Positions 37,021 through 44,245 of a stretch of DNA of 64,000 nucleotides are shown one piece after another. Under the pieces are notes generated by a model. It did no database searches. It saw nothing but the letters and a program-made list of their open reading frames with translations, and was not told the origin of the DNA. The stretch spans positions 192,001-256,000 of the forward strand of contig OY759726.1 of NCBI GenBank assembly GCA_963662625.1, read 5' to 3'. How positions within the stretch are numbered: position 1 is the first letter of the stretch; every line of letters begins with the position of its first letter. The position numbers were made by a program, and so were the translations under genes. This DNA is from Nitrosopumilus sp. GTDB lineage: Archaea > Thermoproteota > Nitrososphaeria > Nitrososphaerales > Nitrosopumilaceae.

Positions 37021-37343
37021 CAGGACCTCCCGCCTGGAGGATCCGCCGGCAGGCCAGCCGACCGCCCGGCCATGATCTTCGCCTCAGCGCGATCCGGGGA
37101 ACCCGTGATTATCCTGATGGCGCTGTGGACGTCCTCGACCGATCTCTCGTACTCCTTCCCGCGCAGCAGCGACCACGTCCTGGAGAATTCCCGGCCATCA
37201 CGGCGCGCCAGGGCGGGCTGGACGTGCCCGTCCGCGCAGTGCCTGACGTAATCCGCGACGTGCATCACCGGGTGGGGCACCCCCCCGGAACCGGGACGGG
37301 CGTGCCTGAGGTATTCGATGACGTGCCACCGCTGGTCCATCAT
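37020..37343 (-). CDS. Small hypothetical protein
   Basis: ATGA-coupled operon member. Confidence 0.5.
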   Translation of the reverse strand: MMDQRWHVIEYLRHARPGSGGVPHPVMHVADYVRHCADGHVQPALARRDGREFSRTWSLLRGKEYERSVEDVHSAIRIITGSPDRAEAKIMAGRSAGLPADPPGGRS

Positions 37344-37540
37344 GACTCCCCCCGCGGGGCAGCCTTCCCGGCGCCGGTGATGCCGGACCCGGCCCGGCCC
37401 AGGTGGTACATGGACTGGGCCAGGGACTCGGTCTCCCCGCTCGTGATGCCGGGGGTCATCATGAGCCGGACCACGCTTTCCATGGCGTCGGAGACGTCCG
37501 ACTTGGCCTGCCGGTACCTCATGGCCTTCAGCTTCTCCAT
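37340..37540 (-). CDS. Small hypothetical protein
   Basis: MEKLKAMRY...; coupled to the downstream gene. Confidence 0.45.
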   Translation of the reverse strand: MEKLKAMRYRQAKSDVSDAMESVVRLMMTPGITSGETESLAQSMYHLGRAGSGITGAGKAAPRGES

Positions 37541-37718
37541 CACCCGCCCCCCCACGCGCGGCAGCTGTCGCACAGCCCGCGCCGCGCCGGACCCGGACGC
37601 TTCAGCTCCCCCCCCGCAGCTCATGCATGCCCGGCGTCCAACCCGCACCCCGTGCAGGCCCGCCGCCCCGGGGCGTATTCGTGGACAGACATCCTGAAGC
37701 ACCTCGGGCATCTCTCCT

Positions 37719-38213
37719 TCATCCGATCCACGGCCCGCCCACGGCGCGTTCCAGGCCGCCGCCCGCCGCGCGCGGGACGGCCAGCGGCTTCCATTCCTTC
37801 AGCGCCGGGATCCCCCTGCACGCCCAGACGAGGATCCTGGTGCAGTCGGCAGAGAGTTCCGCGGCCTCCCACCGGTCATAACTGGAGCTGAACCTCGCCG
37901 CGACCGTCGTGTCGCGGTCATACTCCCCGTACACGCAGCCGCACGGCTCCTCCCCGGAGCACGCAAAGTGCCCGGCATCCCAGTCATGCAGGTTGACCGC
38001 GTGCCCGCACGCGCAGAGGCGGGACTCCAGGGCTGGAGGGTCCATGTCAGGGTCCCCCAGGCCGGAGAGGTCGGCCGGCAGGCACCCGCGCGGGGCCGCC
38101 AGCCCGCCAGATCCGCCGTCCCCACGGCGGCCTGGCACGGCCGAGCCACGGCGCCCCCGGCAGGCCGGGCCGCCGCGAGGCGCCACCATCCCTGGACAGT
38201 TCCCGTCAGTCAT
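37719..38213 (-). CDS. Cys/His-rich hypothetical protein
   Basis: CACGHAVNLH...C....CGC; start uncertain. Confidence 0.4.
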   Translation of the reverse strand: MTDGNCPGMVAPRGGPACRGRRGSAVPGRRGDGGSGGLAAPRGCLPADLSGLGDPDMDPPALESRLCACGHAVNLHDWDAGHFACSGEEPCGCVYGEYDRDTTVAARFSSSYDRWEAAELSADCTRILVWACRGIPALKEWKPLAVPRAAGGGLERAVGGPWIG

Positions 38214-38219
38214 TGTCCA

Positions 38220-38603
38220 TCAGCTCCGCAAGGTGAGGTTCGCAGAACAGGTGGTCATCGCGCGAGTCATCGTACCCCCTACACCAGGGGCAGTTCGTCG
38301 GGTTATCTGCCTCCAGTACGGAGGAAGCACGCGGCACGACCCTTCCGCCATCCGCCCCAGGCTCGCGCCGGCGCGGTTTTTCCGGTGGGCGGCGCGAGCC
38401 GATTCCCTCTTCCTGACCACGTCCGGAGTGGACGCCCGGTGCCACGTCTTCGCGGCCAGTCCCATCCCGCGGGCGGCCATCCCCCTGCACTCCCGGGAGC
38501 AGTGCCGCTGCCGGGGGTACGCCGTGCGAAACCCCCCGCCGCACCACCTGCACGTCCTGCGGATCCACGCGTCCCGTCCCGGCGGTTTCCCGCGCGGCGA
38601 CAT
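38220..38603 (-). CDS. Arg-rich zinc-finger protein
   Basis: CRWCGGGF...HCSREC. Confidence 0.5.
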   Translation of the reverse strand: MSPRGKPPGRDAWIRRTCRWCGGGFRTAYPRQRHCSRECRGMAARGMGLAAKTWHRASTPDVVRKRESARAAHRKNRAGASLGRMAEGSCRVLPPYWRQITRRTAPGVGGTMTRAMTTCSANLTLRS

Positions 38604-38938
38604 GGTCAGGGGGCCCCGTGGCCGTTCATCCCCCCGCCTGATGCCCGCGCCGCGCTTTTTGCGGACGCGGCACCCAAAAACTGTCATGTTAACTGAAACT
38701 TGGTGTGGGGTAAGGTGGGGGCGGGGACGGCGAAATCCCCGAAGTCTCAAAAAAGGCATCAACCCGCCCCTCCCGAAATGAAGTCGTTTTCGTCGAATTC
38801 GTCTCTGATCGGCTCTCGCCGCTTCCCACCGGCGCCGGTGTGAAAAAACCGGCAAGTATCGCAAAGTCCCCGGAGGGAATCGCGGGGGAGTGTCTCGTGG
38901 CACCCCCGCGCCCCGTCCCGGAAGCCAGGTCAGCGTAA

Positions 38939-39427
38939 TCAGGCATTGACCAGCAACCCCCCGGGGGCCACGCCCCCAGCGACGTTGGGGTCGTAAGCCC
39001 CTTTCGTGCCGCGCGTGAGCCTCCCGGTGCCGTCGACGCCAAGCACCCCGCTGACGGCCGCGCGCAGCACGACGGCCATCCAGTCAACATCCCCGCCCCA
39101 TTCCCCCACCGCGGCCACCACCTGTTCAAGCGCCAGGGCCTGGGCATGGTAGCTGACATAGTTCACGACCACCCTCTCAGGGGTGATCCCTTCCGCCTCC
39201 TCGAACGACTCGACGGAGCGGCGGAAGCCGCGGGCCTCCTGCACGGCGGCGGCGCCCCACTTGGACTTTAGGACCCTCTTGCACTCCTCGCAGTGGATCC
39301 CCGCCTCCACGTACTTTCCCGGGGCGGGGTGGAGCAGGCGGGAGCCGGCGCACACGCTGGACTCCCCCAGCAGGTAAAAGTGGGAGCACGCGTCGACGTC
39401 CTTGCCTATCCACCCGATCAACGTCAC
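38939..39427 (-). CDS. Hypothetical protein with a Zn-binding motif
   Basis: HF....S.C...HCEEC; GTGA overlap. Confidence 0.55.
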   Translation of the reverse strand: MTLIGWIGKDVDACSHFYLLGESSVCAGSRLLHPAPGKYVEAGIHCEECKRVLKSKWGAAAVQEARGFRRSVESFEEAEGITPERVVVNYVSYHAQALALEQVVAAVGEWGGDVDWMAVVLRAAVSGVLGVDGTGRLTRGTKGAYDPNVAGGVAPGGLLVNA

Positions 39428-40122
39428 CCGTTCCTCCTGATTATTTCCTTGGCGTTGCGCACCGGCAGCTCGCACCCGACGCAGGTGTGCAGGCCCTTGT
39501 ACTCCCCCTCGTCCCTGACGAAGAACCTCACCTTCGGGGCAGCGCAGGAGCACCACTTCTCGACGTGCTTCCCGAGCTTCTCCTCGTCACGCCCGTCCCC
39601 GGCGCCCGCCGGCCCGGATCCGGCCTGCCCGCCATCCCTCCCCTGGTCGAGGTTGGCCACCTTCCCGGTGCTCTTGACCTCTTCCACGAACTGCGCGATC
39701 AGGTCGGGGGGTATGTGCTTGCGTATCCCGTTGCGCTCGGCCTTGCTGTGCGCCTTGGTCTCGGCGGTCGCGTCATAGTACGTGCCGCCGCCCTTCTTCA
39801 CCCCGTACTGGGGCTGGCGGCCGACCCCCTCGTAGATTATCCCGGTGCCGGCCTCCCTCACCCGCACCCTCGCGTGGTACACCGCGTCGGTCCCCTCCCC
39901 CTGGACGGAGATGTCCGACGCCACGGTCTGCACCACGATCCCGTGGCGCGCCAGCCAGGACGCAAAGGCGCGCACGCCGTCATAGCTCATGGCGTGCTGC
40001 CCCTGGACCTCGTACAGCCAGTCGCCTGAGGTGAGGTATTTTTCGCTGTTCACTATCTGGGCCTCGTCGGCCTCGTTGACCAGGTTGTAGACGGAGTCGT
40101 CCCGCCTGACGATCTCACTCAT
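39424..40122 (-). CDS. Putative single-strand annealing protein (Rad52/Sak/ERF-like)
   Basis: Beta-rich core followed by AETKAHSKAERNGIRKHIP; phage early-operon position; C-terminal CxC...CxxC. Confidence 0.5.
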   Translation of the reverse strand: MSEIVRRDDSVYNLVNEADEAQIVNSEKYLTSGDWLYEVQGQHAMSYDGVRAFASWLARHGIVVQTVASDISVQGEGTDAVYHARVRVREAGTGIIYEGVGRQPQYGVKKGGGTYYDATAETKAHSKAERNGIRKHIPPDLIAQFVEEVKSTGKVANLDQGRDGGQAGSGPAGAGDGRDEEKLGKHVEKWCSCAAPKVRFFVRDEGEYKGLHTCVGCELPVRNAKEIIRRNG

Positions 40123-40297
40123 CGCCGCCGTCCTCCACGACTATCCTGCACACGGGCCTCGTCCCCCCGTGCATCGCCCCGATCACCCCGTGCATCTTCT
40201 TCCGCAGCGCGTCCCCATTCCTCGCGGATATGTCGACCAGCGTGACGATGTTCCGCAGCTCGTGGTACTCCAGCGTGACGGAGGCGGTGGAGCTCAT
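40115..40297 (-). CDS. Small hypothetical protein
   Basis: MSSTASVTLEY...; overlap-coupled. Confidence 0.5.
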   Translation of the reverse strand: MSSTASVTLEYHELRNIVTLVDISARNGDALRKKMHGVIGAMHGGTRPVCRIVVEDGGDE

Positions 40298-40485
40298 CCG
40301 GCCGCGGCCTCCACCATGGCGTCGCGCATTATCCTCAGCCTGGACGCCTCCGGGACCTTCCCCGACACCCAAAACTCGTCCCTGCCGCACGCGTCGCAGA
40401 GGTCCACATCGTACGCGCTGTCCCCGAACCTGACGGTTATGGTGGACGTCTTGGGGTTGCCGTCCCTGCAGGCGTAGCGCGTCAT
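40294..40485 (-). CDS. Small zinc-binding protein
   Basis: ACRDG...LCDAC; ATGA overlaps. Confidence 0.5.
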   Translation of the reverse strand: MTRYACRDGNPKTSTITVRFGDSAYDVDLCDACGRDEFWVSGKVPEASRLRIMRDAMVEAAAG

Positions 40486-40640
40486 GCAGCGGCCCCCTTG
40501 TCGATGTATTCCCGTATGGCCAGGTCGACGAACTGGCTCCTGTTGGTTATGGCGGAATCCACCTTATTGCTGACCAACTCGTCTATCTTCTCGCAGAGGC
40601 CGTTTCTGATCGCGACGGTGGACCATCCTTTATTCACCAT
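40482..40640 (-). CDS. Ribbon-helix-helix regulator (52 aa; absent from the ORF track)
   Basis: Manual translation MVNKGWSTVAIRNGLCEKIDELVSNKVDSAITNRSQFVDLAIREYIDKGAAA; first gene of the operon. Confidence 0.8.
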   Translation of the reverse strand: MVNKGWSTVAIRNGLCEKIDELVSNKVDSAITNRSQFVDLAIREYIDKGAAA

Positions 40641-40791
40641 ATAGGAATATTAACTGAAGCCTTTCTATTAAACGTTTAAGTGAATATTCAGTAAAGCAAA
40701 AGCTGACCCAATTTCACACTCCGCCCGCGCCGGGCCGGGCGCCCGCCGGGAATTTAGAAGAACTTTTAACACCATAACTGAATATTATATC
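40641..40791. promoter_or_regulatory. Divergent promoter/operator region
   Basis: Palindromes TTAAACGTTTAA (40668-79) and TGAATATTCA (40681-90); AATATTCAGT (40683-92) inverted to ACTGAATATT (40777-86); TAACTGAA at 40651 and 40775. Confidence 0.7.
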
Positions 40792-41187
40792 ATGGTAGAG
40801 AACACGAAGGAAAACTGGTCGACCACCAGCGTCAGGTCCACCCTGGTGGAGGAAATAAAGAAGATTCTGCAGACCAAGGCGGCAAAAAGGGAGGGCCTCA
40901 CGAACGTGAGCCAATTCGTGGACACGGCCGTCAGGGACCTGATCGACAGGATCGAGTCCGAGCGCATGACGCACCTGAACATGTACGACGACCACGTCAA
41001 GATACTCGACAACCACCTGGGAAACATAGGCAGGATCGTGTCGGTCTACTTCAAGAGGGGGCGCCGGTCATGGTGCGACTACTGCGAGGAGCCAGGCTGC
41101 GTCCACGTCCAGTACGCCTGGGAGATCCCCAAGGTGGGGAAGATCCTCAGGGGGATGGGGATGAAACCCCCGCCGTCGAGGGCGTGA
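40792..41187 (+). CDS. RHH regulator with a C-terminal Zn-binding (SWIM-like) domain
   Basis: WSTTSV...NVSQFVDTAVRDLI; WCDYC....CVH. Confidence 0.75.
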   Translation: MVENTKENWSTTSVRSTLVEEIKKILQTKAAKREGLTNVSQFVDTAVRDLIDRIESERMTHLNMYDDHVKILDNHLGNIGRIVSVYFKRGRRSWCDYCEEPGCVHVQYAWEIPKVGKILRGMGMKPPPSRA

Positions 41188-42454
41188 TCCTGGCCCGGGT
41201 TTCAGCGCGCCCCGACGGCCGCCAGCCGCCCGTCACGCCACCCGGCCCGGCGGCGACGCCGGCCGGTTCCGGGGAGGTCCTCTCCAGCGCCTCTATCCTC
41301 CTGACCAGCGCGTCTATCATCCTTGACTTTTCCTCCAGCTCGGAGTTCTTGGATTCCAGCGCCGAGTTCCTCGCGGCCATCTCGTCCACCCTTTTCTGCT
41401 TCTCCTTGATCTCGAACGCGTGCCTCTCCGCGGGGTCCACGGTGAGTTTCGGGATGGCGGCGGTGAACTCGGAAAAGCTCTCCTCGATGGTGGGGCGGAG
41501 GTACACCCCGTCCAGCCCGCGCATGTGCCCCATGAGCTTCTCGGCGATGTTGTAGTTGACGTCGGCCAGCTTTATCACCGTGTTGAACCGCTTGCGGAAC
41601 ATGTAGATCGGGGCCTTGTCGTACCGCCTGCTGTTGCCGTCAAGCATCACCGCGGACTGCACCCCGGCGGCGGCGGAGAGGTTCCGCATCATGTTCCTGG
41701 CGCCGCCGCTCCCCAGATGTTCCCCCCCGCGGCCGTTCTCCGACGCGAACAGCGGCGACTCGCCTGTGATCTCCTCCCCGTTGCGCCTCCTGGCCCCAAG
41801 GTACCTGTCAAGCGCCCCCCTGGCCTCCGGGGTCAGGAACGCCCAGTATTCCTCCCTGCTCTTCTCGTATATCGTCACGCCGTAGCACCACCTCGGCCTC
41901 GTCTCCGGGGCTCCAGGATCCGGCATGTCGACCAGGTGCCTCACCCGGAGCACCGGATCCTCCAGGGCCCCGGGCCTTATCCCGGTGGACGCCAGGAAAT
42001 GCACCAGCGCCTTCGTCCTCAGCTTGTTGGTCCCGGCCAGCATGGCCAGTATCTCCCCGTTGGTGACCGGGCTGTTCCCCGAGCCAGCCCCGCCGTCCCT
42101 CCTGATCCCCATCCTGACGCTCTCCTTGTGCCACGACATCTCGTTCATCCTGATGAACTTCTCGATCCCGTTGATCTTGGCGGCGACGGTGACCTGCCGG
42201 TTCCCCTTCTCCTCGTTGTGCAGCACCCATTCCTTCACCGCGTCGGTCGCCATCCGGGTGTCAAAGGAGGCAAACTCGTCGTACGCGTCCGCCCCCGACA
42301 CCAGTTTCTTCCAGTGGAGGAATCCCATGAACAGCCTCATCGAGACGGAGTACGATCTCTTTGTGTGCCGGTTGTGGATCCCCCGCAGGAACTCGCGGTA
42401 GGACTTCTGCTCCCCGCCCATCCTATCCGCGTATTCCAGCCAGCTTTCCGCCAT
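41147..42454 (-). CDS. int: Tyrosine recombinase/integrase
   Basis: LASTGIRPGAL, YMFRKRFNT, AEKLMGH, GVYLRP; C-terminal coiled coil. Confidence 0.9.
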   Translation of the reverse strand: MAESWLEYADRMGGEQKSYREFLRGIHNRHTKRSYSVSMRLFMGFLHWKKLVSGADAYDEFASFDTRMATDAVKEWVLHNEEKGNRQVTVAAKINGIEKFIRMNEMSWHKESVRMGIRRDGGAGSGNSPVTNGEILAMLAGTNKLRTKALVHFLASTGIRPGALEDPVLRVRHLVDMPDPGAPETRPRWCYGVTIYEKSREEYWAFLTPEARGALDRYLGARRRNGEEITGESPLFASENGRGGEHLGSGGARNMMRNLSAAAGVQSAVMLDGNSRRYDKAPIYMFRKRFNTVIKLADVNYNIAEKLMGHMRGLDGVYLRPTIEESFSEFTAAIPKLTVDPAERHAFEIKEKQKRVDEMAARNSALESKNSELEEKSRMIDALVRRIEALERTSPEPAGVAAGPGGVTGGWRPSGRAETRARITPSTAGVSSPSP

Positions 42455-42502
42455 GGGGATGGTGCGGCCCGGATCTAAATAAACACCACAGAAGATGGCA
42501 TG

Positions 42503-42919
42503 TCATCCCTCGATCTCTTCCTTGATGGCCCGCAGCGCCTGCTCGGTGCCCCCCTCGACGTGCCTCTTCACCATCCCGGTGAACATCCCCATCATCCCGG
42601 TCAGCCGGATGTCCCACGCCACCTCCAGGGCGGTCTTTTCGCCCATGGGGGCCACGGTGACTACCTTGGTGCCGTCTATGATCCCCCTAGTAAAGACAGC
42701 CTCGATCCTCTCCTTCGGTGTCAGGGTGACGGTCTGCAGGCACTTTTGGTCCCTGAACGCTATGGTGATCTCCCTCTCGACTGTGTTGCCGTCCCTGAAG
42801 ATGTTCCTGACCCCCTTTGTCCCCTTCCAGAACCTCGGCTCGCTGTCTATGTCCGAGACCACCTCCCACACCCTGTCGACCGGGGCGTCGACCTCGATCC
42901 GCGACTCGATTCTTGCCAT
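42503..42919 (-). CDS. SRPBCC/polyketide cyclase-dehydrase family protein
   Basis: IEVDAPVDRVWEVVSD....P.FW; AATATATTTA box upstream. Confidence 0.85.
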   Translation of the reverse strand: MARIESRIEVDAPVDRVWEVVSDIDSEPRFWKGTKGVRNIFRDGNTVEREITIAFRDQKCLQTVTLTPKERIEAVFTRGIIDGTKVVTVAPMGEKTALEVAWDIRLTGMMGMFTGMVKRHVEGGTEQALRAIKEEIEG

Positions 42920-43062
42920 GCCTGGGGTAGCCACCGAAGTAAATATATTAGATTCCTCCCGTGGCAAGGCGACTGTGATGGGCATGGCGCCTAAAATCCA
43001 GAACAGTAACTCCGGTTCTAACGGCACCTGCCACTCTTCCATCACAGTCACCCCAAAAATAT

Positions 43063-43328
43063 GAGACGCGCGGGATGCCTTCCAAAGATCGGGACGCTTG
43101 ACGGCGCCGGGTTCTGGAAGCGCGCCTACGCGCGCCAGAGGTGAAAGCTGCTGAGAAATGCCGGCGTCCCCGACGGCCAGATCGCCGGCACGGTCGACAG
43201 GCAGTGCCGTGAGATCCCGGCGGCCCCGGGGTACGCGATAGAGACCTGCGGGGCGGACAGGAAAGGCCTGCTGTGACGGGGCGGCCAGATGGGATCCCGC
43301 GGAACGCCGTGCGGGCGCCGAGCGTTTC
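43063..43328 (+). ncRNA. Candidate structured non-coding RNA (~266 nt)
   Basis: End pairing GAGACGC/GCGTTTC, GCGGGAT/ATCCCGC and several nested helices; intergenic; family not recognised. Confidence 0.35.
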
Positions 43329-43363
43329 GAAATTCATTTTAACCCGCCCGCGCAGTAAACCCC

Positions 43364-43690
43364 GTGGAAGGCATAACGTACGAGGACTTTGCGAGGCTGG
43401 ATCTCAGGGTGGGCAGGATAGTCTCCACAGAGCCGATACCCGGCAAGACGAGGATCGTCAAGGGCGTGGTCGACCTCGGCTCAGGGACCCGCGACGTGGT
43501 CATCGGCGGCGCCCAGCACTACGGGCCGGAGGATCTCGCCGGGCTGACAGTCGTGGTGGTCGCGAACCTGGAGCCGAAGAAGCTGGCCGGCGTGCAGTCA
43601 GACGCGATGCTCCTGGCGGCAGACGTGGACGGCAAGCCGTTCTGGCTGACGGTGGGCGGGGACGTGCCGCCCGGCAGCGCGGTGAGGTGA
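43364..43690 (+). CDS. tRNA-binding OB-fold protein (Trbp111/CsaA/MetRS C-terminal-like)
   Basis: DFARLDLRVGRI, VVANLEPKKLAGVQSDAMLLAA. Confidence 0.9.
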   Translation: MEGITYEDFARLDLRVGRIVSTEPIPGKTRIVKGVVDLGSGTRDVVIGGAQHYGPEDLAGLTVVVVANLEPKKLAGVQSDAMLLAADVDGKPFWLTVGGDVPPGSAVR

Positions 43691-43762
43691 ACCGGCTCGC
43701 GGCGGGCAGGCCAGCGGCCCCCTGCAAAAATGGTTAATTAGGGCGCGGTGCGACAATGTGGC

Positions 43763-44227
43763 ATGCTCTCCGAAGGCGAGGCCGTCCCCGAGTTCGAGGC
43801 CGACGGCGCGGACGGCAGGAGGGTGAAGTCTGCCGACTTCAGTGGCAGGCCGCACGCGATCTATTTTTACCCGAAAGACTTCACCCCCGGGTGCACCACC
43901 GAGGCGGACGAGTTTTCCAGGGACTATGAGAAGTTCCTGGAGGAGGGGGTGGAGGTCATCGGGATCAGCCCCGACGGCGTGGACTCGCACAGGAAGTTCT
44001 GCGAGAAGATGGGGATAAGGTACCCCCTGCTGGCCGACGCGGACAAGAAGATCTCAAAGGCGTTCGGCGTCTGGGGCAAGAAGAAGTTCATGGGCAGGGA
44101 GTACATGGGGGTCGTGAGGAGCACGTTTCTGGTGGGCGGGGACGGCAGGATCTTCAAGGTGTTCCCGAAGGTAAAGCCAGCCGGGCACGCGGGGGAGGTC
44201 CTGGCGGAGTTCAAAAAACAGGGTTAA
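43763..44227 (+). CDS. bcp: Peroxiredoxin BCP
   Basis: YFYPKDFTPGCTTEA, GISPD, RSTFLV. Confidence 0.95.
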   Translation: MLSEGEAVPEFEADGADGRRVKSADFSGRPHAIYFYPKDFTPGCTTEADEFSRDYEKFLEEGVEVIGISPDGVDSHRKFCEKMGIRYPLLADADKKISKAFGVWGKKKFMGREYMGVVRSTFLVGGDGRIFKVFPKVKPAGHAGEVLAEFKKQG

Positions 44228-44245
44228 AGGAAAAAAATGGCGGGG

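Larger units (their letters stand above)
1..42480. mobile_element. Large integrated element (ICE-like, with its own replication module); left end outside the window
   Basis: Tyrosine integrase at the right edge, VirB4/VirB11/VirB6-like genes, PolB/PriL/SF3 helicase, many MTases and small orphan ORFs; abrupt switch to host housekeeping genes at 42503. att sites not identifiable. Confidence 0.85.

Noticed and set aside
1-42480. Classical provirus
   Set aside because: No capsid, portal, terminase or tail motifs in the window; not fully excluded because the left end is missing.
43063-43328. Identification as RNase P RNA, SRP RNA, or a TPP/cobalamin riboswitch
   Set aside because: Only short look-alike words (GCTGAGA, AGACCTGC); the required conserved cores are absent, so it is left unassigned.
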